The translations under genes and the position numbers were made by a program. A stretch of 64,000 nt of DNA, the filler included, from Circinaria calcarea (Eukaryota), in NCBI GenBank assembly GCA_051942165.1. It is 35 parts of 35 records of this genome, joined end to end, with 100 filler letters (N's around TTAATTAATTAA, not from the genome) between each part and the next. Parts side by side here need not be neighbours in the genome. Positions count along the whole stretch, not along the records: positions 60,555 to 62,272 come from JAVECS010004303.1; positions 62,373 to 64,000 come from JAVECS010004425.1; 33 more parts are not named here. One strand, 5' to 3'. The notes beneath the pieces were generated by a model. That model ran no database searches, was not told where the DNA came from, and saw only the letters and a program-made list of their open reading frames with translations. Below, piece by piece: positions 60,703-64,000 of the stretch (its first letter is position 1; each line of letters starts with the position of its first letter).

Positions 60703-62272
60703 ATGCAACACGTCAATCTCGTTCGAAGTCTTTCCTCCGTAAGGGTGAACTCGCAAGTGCTCTCCGGTGTGGCACTACCTTGCTTCTCCGGGATCCTAGT
60801 AAATAGACATAAATACAATGTAACCAGGTGTTTTAAAAGACGGAGCTCCGTATCGCAAAGGCAAGGTTCTGATCAGTAAGTCCCAGCTGGGGAAGTCTAT
60901 TTAACTTTGCTGACGAAGATATTTTTAGTGTACATTTTCCTGGTGCAGTCAATAGCAAATTCACCACCCAGCTGTCTTTTGAACGTCCATCCACTCATCC
61001 AGCGATCCCTACGTATAGAGTAATGGACTCTGATGGCATAATCGTCAATGAAGGGAAGAAACCTTTGAACATCGACAATGAGGAAGTACTGCAATGGTAC
61101 AAGAACATGTTGACTGGTAACCAACCTTTTTGCCTTATCAATATCTTCACTCCCGCCTCCACTAACAATATCGCCACTCATCAATAGTTAGCATCATGGA
61201 TCTAGTAATGTTTGACGCTCAAAGGCAGGGCCGACTGTCCTTTTACATGGTATGTACCGCAAAGCTAGCACTGTTTCCAAAGCGGAAACAGGCTTACAGG
61301 TTTAGGTTTCAGCAGGAGAGGAGGGTATTGCAGTTGGATCAGCATCGGCCCTGATGCCCGAAGACGTCGTTTTCGCACAATACCGTGAAACCGGCGTGTT
61401 CAAGCAACGCGGCTTTACACTAGACGATTTCATGAACCAACTCTTCGCCAACCGCAAAGATCCCGCCAAAGGCCGAAACATGCCTGTCCACTACGGCAGC
61501 AGCAAGCTAAACCACGTCCGTCCACACCATATACCCTCCCGTCAACTCTAAACTACTAAAGCGAAGAAATAGCATACCATCTCCTCCCCCCTTGCAACGC
61601 AGATCCCCCAAGCCGCCGGCGCCGCCTACGCCCTCAAGCTACAAGCGCTCCAAAACCCCAACACGCCCCCTCGAATCTGCGCCTGCTACTTTGGTGAAGG
61701 TGCCGCTAGCGAGGGCGACTTCCACGCCGCTCTCAACATGGCCGCCACGCGCGCATGCCCTGTCGTCTTCATCTGCCGCAACAACGGGTACGCCATCTCC
61801 ACCCCAACACTAGAGCAATACCGCGGTGACGGCATCGCCAGTCGCGGCATCGGCTACGGAATCGACACCATCCGCGTCGACGGCAATGATATCTTCGCCG
61901 TGCGCGAAGTCACAAAGGAAGCGCGCAGAATGGCCCTCGAGGGTGGCGGGAAACCCATCCTCATTGAGGCCATGAGCTACCGTGTCTCGCACCACAGCAC
62001 CAGCGACGACAGCTTCGCCTACCGCGCCCGCGTCGAAGTTGAAGACTGGAAGCGGCGCGACAATCCTATTACGCGCTTGCGCAAATGGCTGCAGAACAAC
62101 GACCTCTGGGACGAAGAGCAGGAAAAGGCAACGCGGTCGGCGATCCGCAAGGAGGTGCTAAGGGCGTTTGCGGCGGCGGAAGGGGAGAAGAAACCGCCGT
62201 TGCGGGAGCTGTTTACGGATGTTTATGAGGAGGTGGAGGAGGAGGGGAGGGCGCAGATGGGGGAGTTGAAGG
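60703..62272 (+). CDS. 2-oxoisovalerate dehydrogenase E1 alpha subunit (mitochondrial), multi-intron, 3'-partial
   Basis: [66 protein letters not shown]. Confidence 0.96.
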
Positions 62273-63239
62273 NNNNNNNNNNNNNNNNNNNNNNNNNNNN
62301 NNNNNNNNNNNNNNNNTTAATTAATTAANNNNNNNNNNNNNNNNNNNNNNNNNNNNNNNNNNNNNNNNNNNNGGACGCCGGGTTGAAATAAATGCGAGGT
62401 GGAGGAGGTATGGGAGTAAGAGAGGCTCTACTATAGCGGAAGGTATAGCGGTAAGATGGAAGGGCGGAAGGGTATGGCGGTAAGTGAAAGGGCTATGAGA
62501 GGAAGAAATGGCATGCTGATTGGGATGGGTGTGGTTCGTCGTAAAATTAAAAATAAAAATATATATGAATGTGCATATCTATAAAGTCTAGCCGAGTAAT
62601 CCGCCGCCGATTATTCTTCGCCCCGGAGAATATTATATATGATTTCTTCCTTTAATTATACTAGCGAGACGTATTCTTGTTTCGTCTGCTGAAACGCTTT
62701 ATCCGCTCGCTGCAAGGGTTTCAATACCTGTCCAGCTGATGATCCGTTATTTGGAGCGTCTCGCGGTATCTGTTATCATTGGGAGATAGCTTTGAGTGCT
62801 AGATCAACACCTTGTGAGACCGATGTACGTGTGGTACCGCTTGGCGCTGTTTTAAGGGGACTGTCCAATCCTTGAGCGATACCACCGCTTAATATATCCT
62901 GGGAAGCACCGTTCAGACCTTCATGAGAGGAGCTGCCTGATAATCTCATAGCATTACCGCTCGACAATCGACTGTTGGGGGCGTTTATAGGTTCCTGGGT
63001 TAAATTGAGCGAAGGCTCGCGCAACAGGTCCCTGCGTCACAATGTGCATAGGACTATACACAGAACTATCCCTTGGCCTATGCTCAATAATTGGTGGAAT
63101 CCAATGTATATGGGTATATGGAGCGCCTTGTGTGAAATAAATAGGGTGCTCCGTCGTGCTCCTAAGGTATAGGCGAAGACGCTATCGAGAATGGATAGGG
63201 AGGCCCTAAATGGCGCTAACCTCGATTCATGCCACCGTA

Positions 63240-63556
63240 CTCGCGGCCGAATGGGCGCGTCACAAGATCCGTGTCAACTCCATCTCCCCGGGGTATATGG
63301 ACACGGCCGGCCCTGGATGCGCAAAAGAAGGTGTGGACCAGCATGACGCCCCAGGCGCGGTTGGGCAGCGTGGACGAGTTGAACAATTTGGCCGTCTATC
63401 TGGCCAGCGACGCGAGCACGTTTGTCACGGGCAGCAACTGCATCATCGATGTAGGTGATCACTCCTCGGCGTTTTGGTTCTGGCCCTGCTCCCTATACTG
63501 ATACTGATTTGCTTGGTTTTTTTTTTCTTTTCCAGGGTGGTTACTCGGTCTACTAG
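63240..63556 (+). pseudogene. 5'-truncated, frameshifted short-chain dehydrogenase (sorbose/arabitol reductase-like); intron 63451..63535
   Basis: LAAEWARHKIRVNSISPGYMDT in one frame, PALDAQKKVWTSMTPQARLG...LASDASTFVTGSNCIID|GGYSVY in another; no SDR N-terminus recognisable upstream. Confidence 0.75.
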
Positions 63557-64000
63557 GGTTGGTTCAATCTGGTTTCCACGAGCTTCATTTGGGGCGGAGT
63601 CAGTCTCCTTGGGCTGATGGATGGCGGAGTTCTTGGTTCGCTAGCTACAGATAGATTGGCCCCTTTGTGTTGCGATGGATGGGCTTGGTGGGAATTCAAG
63701 AATGGGAATACTGGATCAAGTTCGTCGTGATCACGTTTCCCTCTAATTCTGTGCATTGCTGCATTGATGTCCATGTACATGAATGTCGGTCGGTCCATCC
63801 GAAAAACCCAAATAGCACATTGCATCGTCGAACATCCCCTGGGACATTACCATCCGTAGTATCCATAGGACAAAAATGGTTTCCCACCATACATCGCCAG
63901 CCAATCCTTGGACTTTCGCAAATATTAACCAACATCCCGAGATCTTCCCTTGAAAAAAATTAATCCTCAAATCACCTCCTCGCCCTCCCCCTCACAACTA

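Noticed and set aside
1749..62372. Regularly spaced TTAATTAATTAA motif every ~1.83 kb (could suggest a CRISPR-like or periodic array)
   Set aside because: Always embedded in 44+44 N; an artificial contig separator with six-frame stops
1..64000. Gene neighbourhoods across contigs (e.g. opsin beside CPA1 and agmatinase, suggesting an arginine/light cluster)
   Set aside because: Contigs are ordered by length, so adjacency across spacers is meaningless

Overview
This window is not contiguous genome. It is a concatenation of 35 short contigs (about 1.72-1.75 kb each, in descending size, the last one truncated). They are joined by artificial 100-nt spacers (44 N + TTAATTAATTAA + 44 N), so neighbours across a spacer have no biological linkage. 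The content is eukaryotic, from filamentous ascomycete fungi, with short GT-AG introns and CTRAC/CTAAY branch sites. Most contigs carry fragments of housekeeping genes: dynein heavy chain, VPS13, hexokinase, UTP18, pantothenate kinase, CPA1, eIF5A, KAP123, PGS1, BCKDH E1-alpha and others. The window also holds a dispersed 5S rRNA gene, a complete fungal rhodopsin with a DTD proton-pump motif, and an AT-rich mitochondrial contig with 14 tRNAs, one of them an aberrant Arg(CCU). Mobile DNA includes three related LTRs (two head-to-head, one with a 5-bp TSD), a MITE-like nested hairpin and a Mutator-like transposase tail. I see no convincing multi-gene novel system, and contig length precludes one. 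The best leads are single-locus oddities. All family assignments come from motif recognition, not database searches.
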